Position numbers and translations under genes: made by a program. Positions 50,633-63,302 of a stretch of 64,000 nt of DNA are shown one piece after another. The stretch comes from Octopus vulgaris. Its lineage: Eukaryota. The number at the start of each line of letters is the position of its first letter. Position 1 is the first letter of the stretch. The notes beneath the pieces are model-generated. The model was not told the DNA's origin. It worked only from the letters and a program-made list of their open reading frames with translations, and made no database searches. The DNA lies in the NCBI GenBank assembly GCA_951406725.2, contig OX597838.1:1178001-1242000 (forward strand), in the 5' to 3' direction.

Positions 50633-51542
50633 GTAAGTCCTTACCTATTACTGCGTCCATCTTCTCTTACATCTTGTGTGCATGTGTCATATCACACACA
50701 CATTATAACTGAAAGGGTCCCATTTCCTGTTCTTAGAGTTGCTCATTTCCAGTCAGCTGGTCAACTGAACCTACTTTTCTTTTGAATATTCACTGTCTGA
50801 ATATTTTTTACACACACACACACACACACACCTATAGCTGGGATTCTGACTATCTGTTTAAGTGCAAAGGTGCTGAAATACCTTTGCTTGGGGTTAGGGT
50901 ATGCAGCAAAACCACTGAGAATGAGTGACCCTTAGCTGTTGTAACAGCATCCTTCTAGGAGAGGGAAACACCAAGGTAAACGTTGCAGCTTCACATGATT
51001 ACTGGTCTTCCCCTCTTCCCCCCTTCTGCCTGTCTCTAGATACTAAATCGTGACCCCATTTGTCATTCCATCTACTGAAAGTCTTATGGCGATAGAAGAA
51101 CGACCAAGTGTGCAGACCTAACCAGATGGAAGTGTACAGGAAGTTACAACTTTTGTCTGTCATCTAAACTTCAAACCATTCAGATCTGCAGTGAGACAAT
51201 AGTCATCTGTGAGGTCATGGATGGAAAGTCAGAAATGCCATTGACAACAAGGGAGCAGAAGGAGATGGCAATCAGCTGAGAAGATAAAGCAATCACCACA
51301 CACCCACACACACTGACATAGAGAGGAATTCCTGAAGAGAGGATAAGTCTAGGAGTAATTTAATTCCCACTTGCAACAATTTTCAACATATTTATGTCAC
51401 TAATATTCTTGCTTATCTCCTTAATTGTCATTGATTATTGATTAAGCAATTAACTGAGTCTGTACATATCATACACAAACATGTGATCAATAAGATATTA
51501 GTTTGATTGGTTGTTCTCACCTTTACACCCGGTCTTTTACAG

Positions 51543-51698
51543 GTGATGATATACAGCAAGGTACAACAGTTATCAACTCAAGCTTTGTCCCATGGAAGAA
51601 TTACAGAAACTGAAATAATGAACCACGTGACACTAGAATGTAACAACCTGATGATCATTTACAGTTTTTTGCACTATTTCTGGGCAATACCTCTTCAG
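51543..51698 (+). CDS. ABCC8/9-like: SUR-like exon (VMIYSKV...FWAIPLQ)
   Basis: TTTTACAG acceptor and GTAAGT donor; 156 nt; IYxK and WAxPxQ ABCC motifs. Confidence 0.95.
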
Positions 51699-52149
51699 GT
51701 AAGTCGTCCTGACATTCAGCCAAAGCATTTGTCTGGCATGAGTTTGCAATTAAAATATTGTTTTTGTCAACAGAACCTTTTATTCTGCAAGGTTTTAGCT
51801 CACCTTTCCATAGACACCAAACCAATGTAGATCCACCATAGATGGGTTTTACCAATAGGTACCAGGTAAAAAGAATGGCGATTTTCATCTTTAGACCAGA
51901 AACTATGAGTTTTGCCGATTGGATCCGGTTGTTGAATGTCCTAAATGGAACAATTTAATTATGACTGGCACTAAACAACAGGGGAGACTGTGGAGACCAA
52001 CCACCTGTTGTAAATATCCTCAGACAAGTTACTCTATGTTGTAGCCTCACCAATTTTAGTTCAAAAGTTCTGTAGCTTCTCCAGTTTCTGTTCCATATTT
52101 CGGTTGCCTCACCAATTCTATTTCCACAGTTATCAGTATTATCATAGTT

Positions 52150-52550
52150 GCAGGCATGGCTGTGGGGTAAGAAGCTTGCCTCCCAACCACATAGTTCTGG
52201 GTTCAGTCCGAATGTGTGGCACCTTGGGCAAGTGTCTTCTACTATAGCATCAGGCTGACTAAAGCCTTGTGAGTGGATTTGATAGATGGAAACTGAAAGA
52301 AGCCTGTTGTGCATGTGTGTGTGTGTGCGTGCATGTGTGTGTGTGTGCATGTGTGTGTGTGTTTTCCTATCACTGTTTGACAACCAGTGTTGTGCTTACA
52401 TCTCCATAGCTTAGCAGTTCTGCATAAGTGACTGATAGAATAAGTACTAAGCTTAAAAAATAGGTCCTGGGGTCAATTCGTTTGACTAAAACCCTTCAAG
52501 GTGGTGCTCCAGCATGGCCACACTCAAAAGACTGAAACAAGTAAAAGAAG
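52150..52550 (+). mobile_element. tRNA-derived SINE family; other copies at about 8150-8480, 26230-26605, 26990-27170, 3890-4012(-), 24570-24720(-), 36300-36626(-), 61670-61905(-), 13765-13950(-)
   Basis: Recurrent head GGTAAGAAGCTTGC...GGGTTCAGTCC...GGCAAGTGTCTTCTACTATAGC...GGAAACTGAAAGAAGCC. Confidence 0.85.
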
Positions 52551-52711
52551 GATAAAAGAAGAATCACCTTTCTATTATTGTTATCCCTCTCCTAGCTGAT
52601 GTCCAGTTTACTCTTGACCGCCCAACTCCGTTGCCATAGTTACATGTATGAGATGCTCACCACCTGTTTCAACCTGTTGCTCTCTCTCTCTTTTTGTTAT
52701 TTCTTTTCCAG

Positions 52712-52846
52712 ATTGTTGTCGGTTTTATCGTGGTCTTCCTAAAACTCGGTTCCAGTGCAGTAGTGGGCTTTTTCATCATTGCCGTACACACATGTATGCA
52801 CATTGCCACTGCACGGCACCTGTTTAGACTCCAAGGCAGCATAATG
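52712..52846 (+). CDS. ABCC8/9-like: SUR-like exon (IVVGFIVVFLKLGSSAVVG...LQGSIM)
   Basis: Long polypyrimidine tract with CCAG acceptor; GTATGT donor; 135 nt; LGxSAxxG motif. Confidence 0.93.
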
Positions 52847-53020
52847 GTATGTTGGATGGGTGCTGGCTGATATTCCTCAACTGCACTCCCCACTTGTTAC
52901 TTATCACCGTACAGCCTAAATACCATTGTCACACCAAACTACTCTACTCTCATCTATATGTCATTGTTCAACTCTACTGCCCTGGCTTTCTCTCCTATAT
53001 ATGTCATTATCCCATTAGAG

Positions 53021-53348
53021 CAGGGGTTCTCAACCATTTTTTATCTATGGACCCCTTTGATTGCTATTCTTTTCTGGTGGACCCCCACAATCGTTCCATG
53101 TTTAAAAACTAGTTTTATAGAAACTTCTTTCAAATTCCTATTTTGTTTTTCACTCATGAACTTGTGTCGGTTGAATAATGGAAAATGTCAGAGAAAGAAA
53201 CCTCGCTGTTTCTTGCAATACACACCAATACAAACATCTAAAGCAAAACTTTTTCAGGGACCCATAAAAGACTATTGTGGATCCCCGATTTACTATTTTT
53301 TGCATGGACCCCCAAAAATCTTATACAGACAGCGGTTGAGAACCACTT
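53021..53348. mobile_element. Charlie-type hAT MITE
   Basis: TIR CAGGGGTTCTCAACC / GGTTGAGAACCACTT; TSD CATTAGAG / CATTAGAT. Confidence 0.85.
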
Positions 53349-53454
53349 CATTAGATTGTCTGTGTGACTCTACCACTTTACTCTGTTATACCCATTATAC
53401 CCCACTTCTCTCTCTCTCTCTCTCTGTTACTGCCTCATTCTTTCTCTTTTTCAG

Positions 53455-53617
53455 AATCTCAGTGAAAGGAGGGTGAAGAAAGTAAAACAACTAATAAAAG
53501 GCATCAAGCAGATCAAGTTAAATGCCTGGGAGAAATGTTTCAGCCGTTTGGTCTGTAAGGACCGAAAGAAGGAGATGAAATTGTTGTATCGTATTGCCTA
53601 CCTCAAGTCTATCATCG
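53455..53617 (+). CDS. ABCC8/9-like: SUR-like exon (NLSERRVKKVKQLIKGIKQIKLNAWE...)
   Basis: TTTTCAG acceptor and G|GTCAGT donor; 163 nt; GIKxxKLxAWE motif. Confidence 0.95.
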
Positions 53618-53702
53618 GTCAGTTTGTACACTTTCACGCTCACACACACTTTCTCTCTCTTTTGTGTGTATGTATGTGTATATATATATATATATATACA
53701 CA

Positions 53703-54576
53703 CACAAAGTTTTGTCTAAAAGTGTTTGGCCTTTGGCCAAAAAACAAATAATATTAAAAAACTCACCATTTTAATTTAGTCCCCTTCAAAGTATTCATCT
53801 TGGGTGTCAACACACTTTTGTCAGCATTCCTGCCACTGCTGGAAACATTCCTGGAAATCACTTTTTGGGATGTTGTAGAGGTGTGCCGTTGAATTTTGCT
53901 TAATGTCTTCTGTTGACTCAAATCTCTCTTTGAGTGGTTTTTTTTTTTTTGAGCTTTGGGAATAGGCAAAAGTTACATGAAGTCAAGTCTGGGGAGTAGG
54001 AAGCCTGACGAACAAGTGGTGTGTTTCGCATGACGAGGAATGCTTGGATGACGTAGGTGGAATGAGTAGGTGCATTCTCATAGAGTTTCCAGTTCTTTGC
54101 TGCCCACAGGTCAGGTCGTTTTTGCCACACAGCTTCATGAATGCGACAAAGAACCCCCAGGTAGTATTCTTTGTTAATTGTCCGGCCACAACATGGCTCA
54201 CTGTCCACTAAGGTGCAGCCATCTTTGAACCGGTTGTACCACTCCTTTATTTGTGTTTTTCCCATAGCATCATCTCCAAAGGCCTTCTGAATCTTCTTGA
54301 TAGTCTGGGCTTGCGTATCACCAAGTTTTTGGCAGAATTTGATGCAGTATCTTTGCTCAATGCACTCGGTCATCTTGACTCAAAGAAAAATTGCACACTC
54401 TTCATGTTTCTATTCAACACATCACTGCAGGTGAAATGTGCAACCTACAGACACGGAAATTTTTGCACATGCTCAGGAAAGACATGGTTACCTCATACCC
54501 ATGTGGATTTTGCTCACGCATTAATATTTTGTGCCAAAAAAAAATCAAGGTCAGATACTTTTTGACTACAGATCGT
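53703..54576 (-). mobile_element. Mariner element with internal deletion
   Basis: EQRYCIKFC...WYNRFKDG HTH joined to TINKEYY...NAPTH...YSPDL...LFPKLK; degenerate TIRs. Confidence 0.88.
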
Positions 54577-55610
54577 ATATATAAAATGCGAGGTATATTT
54601 ATGTGTATGTACCATGATGCATTGCTCAATGGTGAGTGTCGGGCCCACAATCATAAGGTAGTGAGTTCAATTCTCAGACTAGGCTGTGTGTTGTGTTCTT
54701 GAGCAAGACATTTTATTTCACTTTGCTCTGGATCACTCATCTGTAGAAATGAGTTGCGACGTCACTGGTGCCAAGCTGTATTAGCCTTTGTCTTTCTCTT
54801 GGATAACATGGGTGGCATGGAGAGGGGAGGCTGGTATGCATGGGCGATTGCTGGTTTCCCATATGCAACCTTGCCCAAAGTTGTGCTTTGGAAGGGAACT
54901 TTCCAGGTGCAATCCCATGGTCATTCACGACCGAAGGTGGGTATTTTACTTTTGCATACCAGTTACCAGGAATGTGTTTAATATGTAAACTGGTTTATCC
55001 AGTTTATATATTAAACACAAAACTTGGTGGGTATTTAAGCTATGTGTTCATGGATAGTTAATGGGTTTGATGTAGGGCTGATGAAAAAGCAATAACTCTT
55101 GAAATATCACCTATTTGTTTCTGTCTTTCATTGCATTCTTTGCATTCATGTTTTCTTATATGAAATGTTGTAACTTTCAGTGTTGGCTCTGAACTTTAGA
55201 AAATCTATAGAGATAGACTTGTGTGTGTATTCTACTCCAATTCAATTGTTGGTCAGTTTATACACTCTTTCTCTCTTATCCCTCCCTACAATGTAAATGA
55301 ATTCTTTTGCAGTTCCAAACTGGTGTCATTGATGTAACTGATGATGTCCATCATGAATAACCAAAGAAAAACTAAACACAATGATAAAACACTGTTTTTT
55401 TTTACATTGAATAATTTCACAAAAGACAAAAAAAAACAAAACAATAATTATCTCTGAACTTAGAGAACAATGGTTTGTAAGGGGGCTGGTGGTAATGGAT
55501 GAACACCACTGCATCCATAAGATATCAATGTCCAATGTTTATAAATTTTGATAAAAATGAAGGAGCACCAAGTGTAGGGGTTAAAATTGTAGTCAGTTAG
55601 GTCTATTATT

Positions 55611-55648
<38 letters not shown>

Positions 55649-55800
55649 GGAACAAAAACGCAATAGAGTACAATAAAACATTCAGACAGAAAGACGATAC
55701 AAGGCGGACAAGAGAAACAACAATTTGAAAGACAGGTCATTTGTGGCCTTCTTTCCTCAGTCAGAATCCCAGAAGTCATGACCGTTTTCGGCAGTTACTG

Positions 55801-55843
<43 letters not shown>

Positions 55844-56065
55844 TGTATATATGTATATAGATAGATATACCTATGTGTTTGCTTACAAGCAAGTCCCCCT
55901 ACACCCCTCTTCATTTGAGCAATCCTAATCTCGTGGGTTTGTGGCTGCTGGTGTCACATAAAAGCACAAGGTCTTTGATGGGATAACCTAACGACTCTAC
56001 CAGATTATTGTTTTTGTGCATTGATTTCTGGCTTCTTAATTAACTTTTGATTGTTTCTCTTGCAG

Positions 56066-56106
56066 AGTTCCTTGTTACATCAGCCCCATTATTGTCAACA
56101 GCTGCG
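56066..56106 (+). CDS. ABCC8/9-like: SUR-like 41-nt exon (EFLVTSAPLLSTAA)
   Basis: TTGCAG acceptor and GTAAGT donor; converts phase 1 to phase 0 as the flanking exons require. Confidence 0.9.
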
Positions 56107-56783
56107 GTAAGTTCCTGTGATTTGAACCTACATATCTTTGTTTAATGTATCTCTCTAAAGAACAACTCCAACTGAAGAATTTTAATGCAATAACATACCT
56201 TGCCATTTTTACCTGTTCTTCTTGTAATACTACTAACATCTTCTTGCTTTACTTACCAAGTCTTGTCACACCTCCACATATTCTTGGTCCGGTCCAGTGG
56301 TTGTTTGCTATTGGGCAGGTCCTGTGGATATGAACCAGCTCCAACTCTCTTTATATGACCTGGGAAGGGGGGGGTCTGCAGCTACCCCTGCTGTCATTAA
56401 GCAGAATACACATTCTGGTATCAGAAACCAAAGAAAGGGACTTTTATCTGACAAGACCCATTCTAGGAAGTCCCTGAGGTGAGAGTTAGTACGCAGGCTA
56501 CTGTGGACCCTTCCACTCTGAGGGAGAGTCAGGATGTAAATCATTTGGAGTCCTTTCACTGTGAAGGAAAGTTAGGAGACATACCATACTGGTGAGTCTG
56601 GGGAAGACGGGAGCTGGGAGGAAGTTCCAGAAAGTGACAGTTGTGGGGACATGTTAAATGTAGGGTTTGCAGGAGAGAGGAGTGGGTGGGTGAGCTGAAT
56701 GGGTTTAGCAGTAGAGGGACACAACAACAACAACAACTGTATGTACAATATCTGCAAGTGATCTATCAGAGCAACAACTAAAA

Positions 56784-56835
<52 letters not shown>

Positions 56836-57195
56836 TATAAATATGTGTGTTCTCTCATCACATCGCATAAATCCACCTCCCTCAATATCACTCTCTCTCT
56901 CTCAGTTGAGGAATGTTTTTCATGCAAGTTACTCGGTAACCCCATCAGTGCTGGTGCCACACAAGAAGCACCCAGTCCACTCTGAAAGCGGTTGGCATTA
57001 GGAAGGGCAACCAGGCATAGAAACCACACCAAAACAGACAATAGGGCTTGGTACTGTCTTCTGGCTTGCCAGCACTGGTTAAACTGTCCAACCCATGCCA
57101 GCATGGAAAACAGACGTCAAATGATGGTGGTGATGATGACTAGTTCATTCTCTATGAATTCTCTTCTAACGTTTCAATCCTATTTCTTTTTTTAG

Positions 57196-57444
57196 ACCTT
57201 TCTCTACTACCATATTTCAAAGGAAACAGTGCTGACTCCCGGCCAAGTATTTTCTGTTGCTGCCACCTTCCAAGTGATGTGTTATCCTTTTTACTTCCTC
57301 TGTGTTATTTACATATCTTTACTAAATGCAAAGAGCAGCAGCCGAGAGTTGACATCCTTCTTACAATCCAGCCAAATATGCCAACACCCCAGTGCCTTCT
57401 TCACCAAGTGCCACCAGACAAGCAATGTACAGAAAGATGCAGAG
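57196..57444 (+). CDS. ABCC8/9-like: SUR-like exon, TM11 and start of linker (TFLYYHISKETVLTPGQVFS...FLQSSQI...KDAE)
   Basis: TTTTAG acceptor and GAG|GTAATT donor; 249 nt; LTPxxxF and FLxxxxI motifs. Confidence 0.9.
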
Positions 57445-58109
57445 GTAATTTTTGCTTTTACCGTTTCTCTTTTGAATTACCAGTCACATATTACACGATA
57501 CACCATCACCGTCACCGTCATCATACCACTGAAGCAGTCAGTGTCAGTTCCACAAAATACCATTTCCATCACATCATCACCATCACTATAATCATCTTTA
57601 CCACTGTAACACCATCACCATCACTATAATCATCTTTACCACTGTAACACCATCACCATCACCATCACTAACATCAATGTCATTGCTATAACACCATCAT
57701 CATCATCATTGTCATCACTACCACTCTAGTCATCATCATTGTTGTAACAACTTGTCTTTCAGTTGTCCTTCTCCATGTCTCGATTGCGATCAGTTGTCCA
57801 GTCAGCCAAGTCCATGTTCTGCTGTATTGATTGTAAGGTGAGATGTGCACAATGATGCACCATACACTGCACTCTGTTGCTTTGTTTCTGCACATCTGAT
57901 TTATTGCCTTAACACTTCAATGGCAGATAGGATTAATGAGTCATCAGATGGGATTAAGTTCCCCATCTCATCTGGCCATGTGGTCCCTTCCCTCCTACAA
58001 CAGTATATACACCCCACATTCTATACACATACACACATGACCTTCTCAATACTGTGATGATGTATATATATATACATACATACACACACACGACTTTTCC
58101 TTACAGTGA

Positions 58110-58145
<36 letters not shown>

Positions 58146-58149
<4 letters not shown>

Positions 58150-58450
58150 ACCGTGACTGACGAGGTTATCAGATGTTGTTACACATCGCTGGTCACAATG
58201 CGCTTCGCATTGTTTTAGCCTTCAAATGACGCCACCCTGCTGGCTAAGCGAGCAGGCCAACAGAAGAAAGAGTGAGAGAAAGTTATAGTGAAAGAGTACA
58301 GCAGGGCTCGCCACCATCCCCTGCCAAAGCCTCGTGGAGCTTTAGGTATTTTCACTCAATAAACACTCACAATGCCCGGTCTGGGAATCGAAACCATGAT
58401 CCTACGACTGCAAGTCAGCTGCCCTAACCACTGGACCATTGTGCCTCCAC
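58146..58450 (-). mobile_element. tRNA-derived SINE; related copies at about 30654-30930 (+) and 61388-61640 (+)
   Basis: Minus strand has an A box (TGGTCCAGTGG) and a B box (GGTTTCGATTCCC); shares its tail with the 30.7 kb copy. Confidence 0.85.
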
Positions 58451-58994
58451 ACACACATATAGTTTACAGATCTAATAGAGGTAAAGTCAAGAAAAAAAAG
58501 CACTCCATCCAGTGAGAGATAAATATGAATTTAAATACACAATCGAAAGAGCTACCAATAGTTTCATGCTGTTATAATCCTGCTGCCTGTCTGGTTTACA
58601 CACTCGTGCTTCCCTGACTGCTGATGTGAAATATGTTTAGTTTTCTGTTTACTCAATCTTCTGTTTTATAAGGAGGATATGGTACCCAATGTCCTATAGT
58701 AAAATGGATCACATGGTGTACTGTGCTGTGATGATGGTTCACATGGTACAGTATGTTCTATAATAGTTCAACCACATCATGCAGTACATTCTGTTGTATC
58801 TTTTGGGTAAAAGAAAACGCAGGCGGATCAGTTAATTATGATTTTATTCAGCGTATTCCCCTCTCAGATTCTCATACTTATTGCAGCGGTCCTTTAGGTT
58901 TTCTAAGCCCTGTAAAAGAAGTCGGAAGATTGGGCATTTAACCAGGCCTTTCACGATGCCCTTAAAGCCAGGAGCTTTTCAGCACCTCTTTGTA

Positions 58995-59150
58995 TGTCCT
59001 ATTGTATGTAGACCATGTGGTATCATATTGTATGTGGACCTCATGGTACACTATCCTGTTGTATGTGGACCTCATGGTACACTATCCTGTTGTATGTGGA
59101 CCACATGGTACACTATGGTCCTATGATGTAGGTGGGCTGCATGGTACATT
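58995..59150 (+). repeat. About 31-bp tandem repeat, 4-5 copies
   Basis: Unit approximately TCCTGTTGTATGTGGACCTCATGGTACACTA. Confidence 0.85.
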
Positions 59151-59212
59151 ATTTTGCAGGAGTTGGTAGTGTAGGAGGCTACAAATATTTTCTCCTCTGT
59201 AAACCAAATTAG

Positions 59213-59317
59213 TCCACATGGCTGACAACAGGTTCCACTCTTACTCCGCTGGTGATGGACTCAAGATCCAGTGATGTAGAAATGTCTGAATTTTCAAAAC
59301 CAATTCCACCCATGTTA
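59213..59317 (+). CDS. ABCC8/9-like: Candidate SUR-like linker exon (STWLTTGSTLTPLVMDSRSSDVEMSEFSKPIPPML)
   Basis: 105 nt, phase 0/0; strong GTAAGT donor but weak acceptor (AAATTAG); no family motif. Confidence 0.55.
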
Positions 59318-59354
59318 GTAAGTTTGGGAAAGCATCACTGCCACTCTTCCAGAC

Positions 59355-59645
59355 AGATCTCCTCTTACTGCTACTCTCTCTACACCTTCAACTGTTACAT
59401 CTCCTACTGCTACTTTTTGTACACCTTCAACTGTTACATCTCCTCTTTCTGCTACTCTCTCTACACCTTCAACTGTTACATCTCCTCCTACTGCTACATC
59501 TCTTATTTCTACTTTCTGTACACCTTCAGTTGTCATGTTTCCTCTTACTGCTACTCTTTGTACACCCTCAACTGTTATATTTCCTCTTACTGCTACTCTT
59601 TGTACACCCTCAGCTGTTACATATCCTCCTACTGCTACTCTGTTC
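59355..59645 (+). repeat. 42-bp minisatellite, about 7 copies
   Basis: Unit approximately ATCTCCTCTTACTGCTACTCTCTCTACACCTTCAACTGTTAC. Confidence 0.9.
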
Positions 59646-59836
59646 AACCTCAACTAATTCATCTCCTTTTATTGCTATCCTCTATACACCTTCGATTAAA
59701 ATATCTCCTCTTGCTTCTACTCTTTATAAACGTTTTGAGACCTGATATTTTGTCTCCTTCACTTTCTTGTTTGTGGTGTGTGTGTGTGTGTGTGTGTGTC
59801 TGATGTCACTCTTACTGATGTTGTTGTTGTTGTTAG

Positions 59837-60272
59837 AACAAGCTGGACACTCTGATGAAGTATGATGTAAAAACCAACCAGCTTAGTATGGCGTTCCACA
59901 ATGGAGCGATGCGTGGAAGTATCTCATCAGTGGAGAGTAGTCCCCCCTTGGGTCACACTCCAAACCACAGCCGGCAGAACAGCGGGGCATCTGTGTTGGA
60001 CATCCTCGACCCTGCCTTTCGTCGGCCGAGCTTTTCACAGCACTCAATCACTTCTGAAAACGACACCTACATCGCTGAAAGACGAGGGTTTCATTATCGT
60101 CGACGGAATACCAATGGCAACCTCTCCATCACGGAAGATGAGGGAGAAACAGCAGAAGCTGCTCCGACCTTAGAACACCGACTTGCCCTTGACATCACTG
60201 ACGCTTCTTTCTCTACAGACCTCTCTGATGAATCTTCCTGTTTAAAAGATATCAACATTAAAATCCCTCTGG
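59837..60272 (+). CDS. ABCC8/9-like: SUR-like exon, Ser/Arg-rich linker and start of NBD1 (...ALDITDASFS...LKDINIKIPLG)
   Basis: GTTAG acceptor and G|GTAAGT donor; 436 nt; LxDINxxIPxG motif that precedes Walker A. Confidence 0.92.
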
Positions 60273-61958
60273 GTAAGTTCTTTTAGCATCTCTACTCTCC
60301 TTACCTGTAACTGCATCTTAGTTTCTAGAAGTTTCTCCCTCATATTTTATATTATTGCAAAATTTCTTCTTCATCATCACTTTTGGCAGCAAAGTGTAAT
60401 AATGGTGGTGGTTGTGTTGCCCCACGTGAGCTCTGTTTGGGCAGTCGTCGCATAGCATTCAGGCCAAATTACCAACAGGGCCTTCATCTCAGTCATGCTA
60501 TGTTTCTGTGTGTCCCCAGGACCATAAAAGCATGCTTCAACGTGCAGTGATAAATTGGTAAGGGGTGTAAGTATGACGGTGGGGACTGTGCATTCTCTTT
60601 CTGTCTACCAGCAGATTCTGGTAGCAGCCACAGCAGCAGTGGTGGTGGGGTGAAGGACACTTGGTCACAGCACAACAGTTGCTCATCCTCCACACTTGGT
60701 GCTGCTGTACATCCCAGCAGAATGTTTGAGGCCAATGAAACAGTTGATGTTGCAGCTATTTCTCTGTGTGGTGTGGTGTGGTGTGGTGTGTGTGTGTGTG
60801 TTATGTTTGCCAGGGCTGAATAGCAGACATGGTGCTTTTAGGATGTTGTTCTGGACTGTTTTATATCTTTGTGTGTTGGGCTAGTTTAAGGTGACCATTT
60901 TTTTTTAACCCTTCAGCATTCAAATTACTCTGTCAAATGGAATCCTTATTTATTCTTATTGTTTTCAATTAATCATGCGTTATCTCATAGCTTTAAGATT
61001 TTGATGATATGACTGTTCACTTTTAGAATGACATTGTAGGGTAGGCGGGAGAGGCTGGATCTGGCCAGTTTCAACATAAAACTGGTAGAATATTTGGGCT
61101 GGTTTAAAAGTTACATAATGCAGGGTCTATGAAAGCCAAAGCTGTTGTGACAATAAACTGAGCCAGTTACAATTTTAATATTTTTATTTTGTTGTTGTAG
61201 TTGGTCTGTGGCTGTGCTCCCTATTGAACCAGTTATAAGGCATAGCATGTTGTTTTGTTATGGAGATGACAAGTCACAAGTAGGACTGCTGTTAGCCATG
61301 TGGGATCCAACATGTAGTTTGTCAGTTCTTTCTGTTGATCAAAAGTGCTACCTGTTTGTGTGTTGTTTTGCCCTCTTTATTGTCTCTGTGGAGGCACATG
61401 GCTTAGAGGTTAGGGTGTTGGACTCATAATTGTAAAATTGTGATTTCAATTCCTGGACTGGGCGATGCGTTGTGTTCTTGAGGGAAAACACTTCATTTCA
61501 CATTGGTCCAGTCCACTCAGCTGTCAAAAATGAGTTATCCTGTGAAGGACTGGCATCCCTTCCAGGTGGGGGAATATATATGCCATGGAAACTGGGAAAC
61601 CGGCCCCTTATGAGTCGGCAAGACTCAGGAAGGTAAACTTTACTTTGACTTTATTGTCTCTGATTATTCTGAATATTATTTTCTTAAAGCCTAGTATTTA
61701 TTCTGTTGGTTCTTTTGCCGAACCGCTAAGTTATGGGGATGTAAACATACCAACACCAGTTGCCAAGCAATGATGGCGGGTGGGGGTGGGACAAACACAG
61801 ACACAAATGTATATGCATATAGATATGCATGACAAGGTGTCACGCAGTGGGATTGAACCTGGAACCATGTGGTTGGGAAGCAAACTACTTACTATACAGC
61901 CATGCCTTTGAAACTTATGTATATATCTCCTAGTATTTCTGCCTTTTATCTTTCTCTT

Positions 61959-62023
<65 letters not shown>

Positions 62024-63196
62024 ATGCGTGATACTGAATGTAATGGTTGGCTGTATTTGGTTGTGTCTGGTGTTGCTGATAAGAAAGGAGACAGTAAATT
62101 TGGTAAGTGGAGCCAAGTTTCTCTGTGGTTTATATAAAAGAATAATTGTGCAGACGTTTGGTAAATGATAAGCAGATGTGAGTGTCATCTGCATTACGAG
62201 GCTGTGTAGTTGGGGGAGGTCATGTAGGGATAGGTATGAGGAGGATCATTGTGGTTCTCTGAGAAAATGCATGTTCTGGAAGTGTTGTTCATGTACACAA
62301 CATAGGCTCAGTGGCTCCACAGTTTGATGGGCAGCATTTTGTGCTGTTTCTTAACCATCTTGGGACACTTGGGCCGATTGATTGGCCCAAAGGATACAAG
62401 CTGAAAAGACTTTGAGGTTGGTGCATCAGACCACTGAAACAAATATTGTGAATGGTTGATTTTGAAGTGTAATAGCCAATCAGAAATCGTCTTTTGGTAC
62501 ATAATGTTTTGTTTTTTTTTCACGCACATTTATGCTTATTATTTTCTATATTTATATGTATTTTGTTGTAGGTTTTCTTATTGTGGTAGATATTTTGTTT
62601 TGTTTATAAGCTTTCATAATATATATTTAGTTTTACATACTAATAAAATAGTTTTAGGCACTTTATCCTTTGTTTTCTTCATGTACTCATCAGTTTCAAT
62701 CTCAACAAAAAAAAAAAAAAAACGATTTTGGTCTTTTTTTGGCTACACAAACCAAAACACCACGTGTCTCAAAAAGTTTAAGGCAGTTTCAGGTATTTTT
62801 GTATAAGTGGATTGTAGGAAAAGGAATTGAAAATGTTGATGTCGATGGTAAATTTGGGAAGATTATTGTTGAAACCACCATCTAATTTCTGCCAGGTGTA
62901 TGAGTTGTGTGGTGGTGGTGGTTGTATTAGATGGTGGTTGAGGGTGTAGAGGTCTAATTTGGAGCGGAGAATGCATGGGTTAGTGATGTGAAAGGTTAAC
63001 CTTTTAAGAATATTTGAGGGTTTGCATGGGGGATGAAGGATGGGTGGTGAAGGATGTGAATGATGTTGCTTCACTTGGACACTAATGGTGATGTTGGAGA
63101 TATTTGGTAGTCTCTGGTACCATCACTACTGTAGGCACCACCACCACGTGCTGCTGCCGCTGCTACTACTACTACTGTTGTTGTTCTATTCTGTAG

Positions 63197-63302
63197 GTAA
63201 GATGACAATAATAACTGGTCCCTCTGGGTCAGGCAAATCAACATTGTTATCAGCCATGTTGGGGGAAATGGTCTTGGATTCTGGAGTCATGGAGTGGAAC
63301 AG
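63197..63302 (+). CDS. ABCC8/9-like: SUR-like exon, NBD1 Walker A (GKMTIITGPSGSGKSTLLSAMLGEM...); gene continues beyond the window
   Basis: CTGTAG acceptor and AG|GTATGT donor; 106 nt; GxxGxGKS followed by LLxAxLGEM. Confidence 0.96.

Noticed and set aside
58370-58450. tRNA-like A/B boxes
   Set aside because: SINE heads rather than tRNA genes; no complete cloverleaf and they continue into repeat bodies.
58673-58681. Possible 9-nt microexon (EDM) after a good acceptor TTTTATAAG
   Set aside because: The donor GTACCC is weak and read-through meets TAG; unsupported without RNA-seq.
58995-59645. Regularly spaced repeats resembling a CRISPR array
   Set aside because: Head-to-tail units without unique spacers, no cas genes, eukaryotic intron context.
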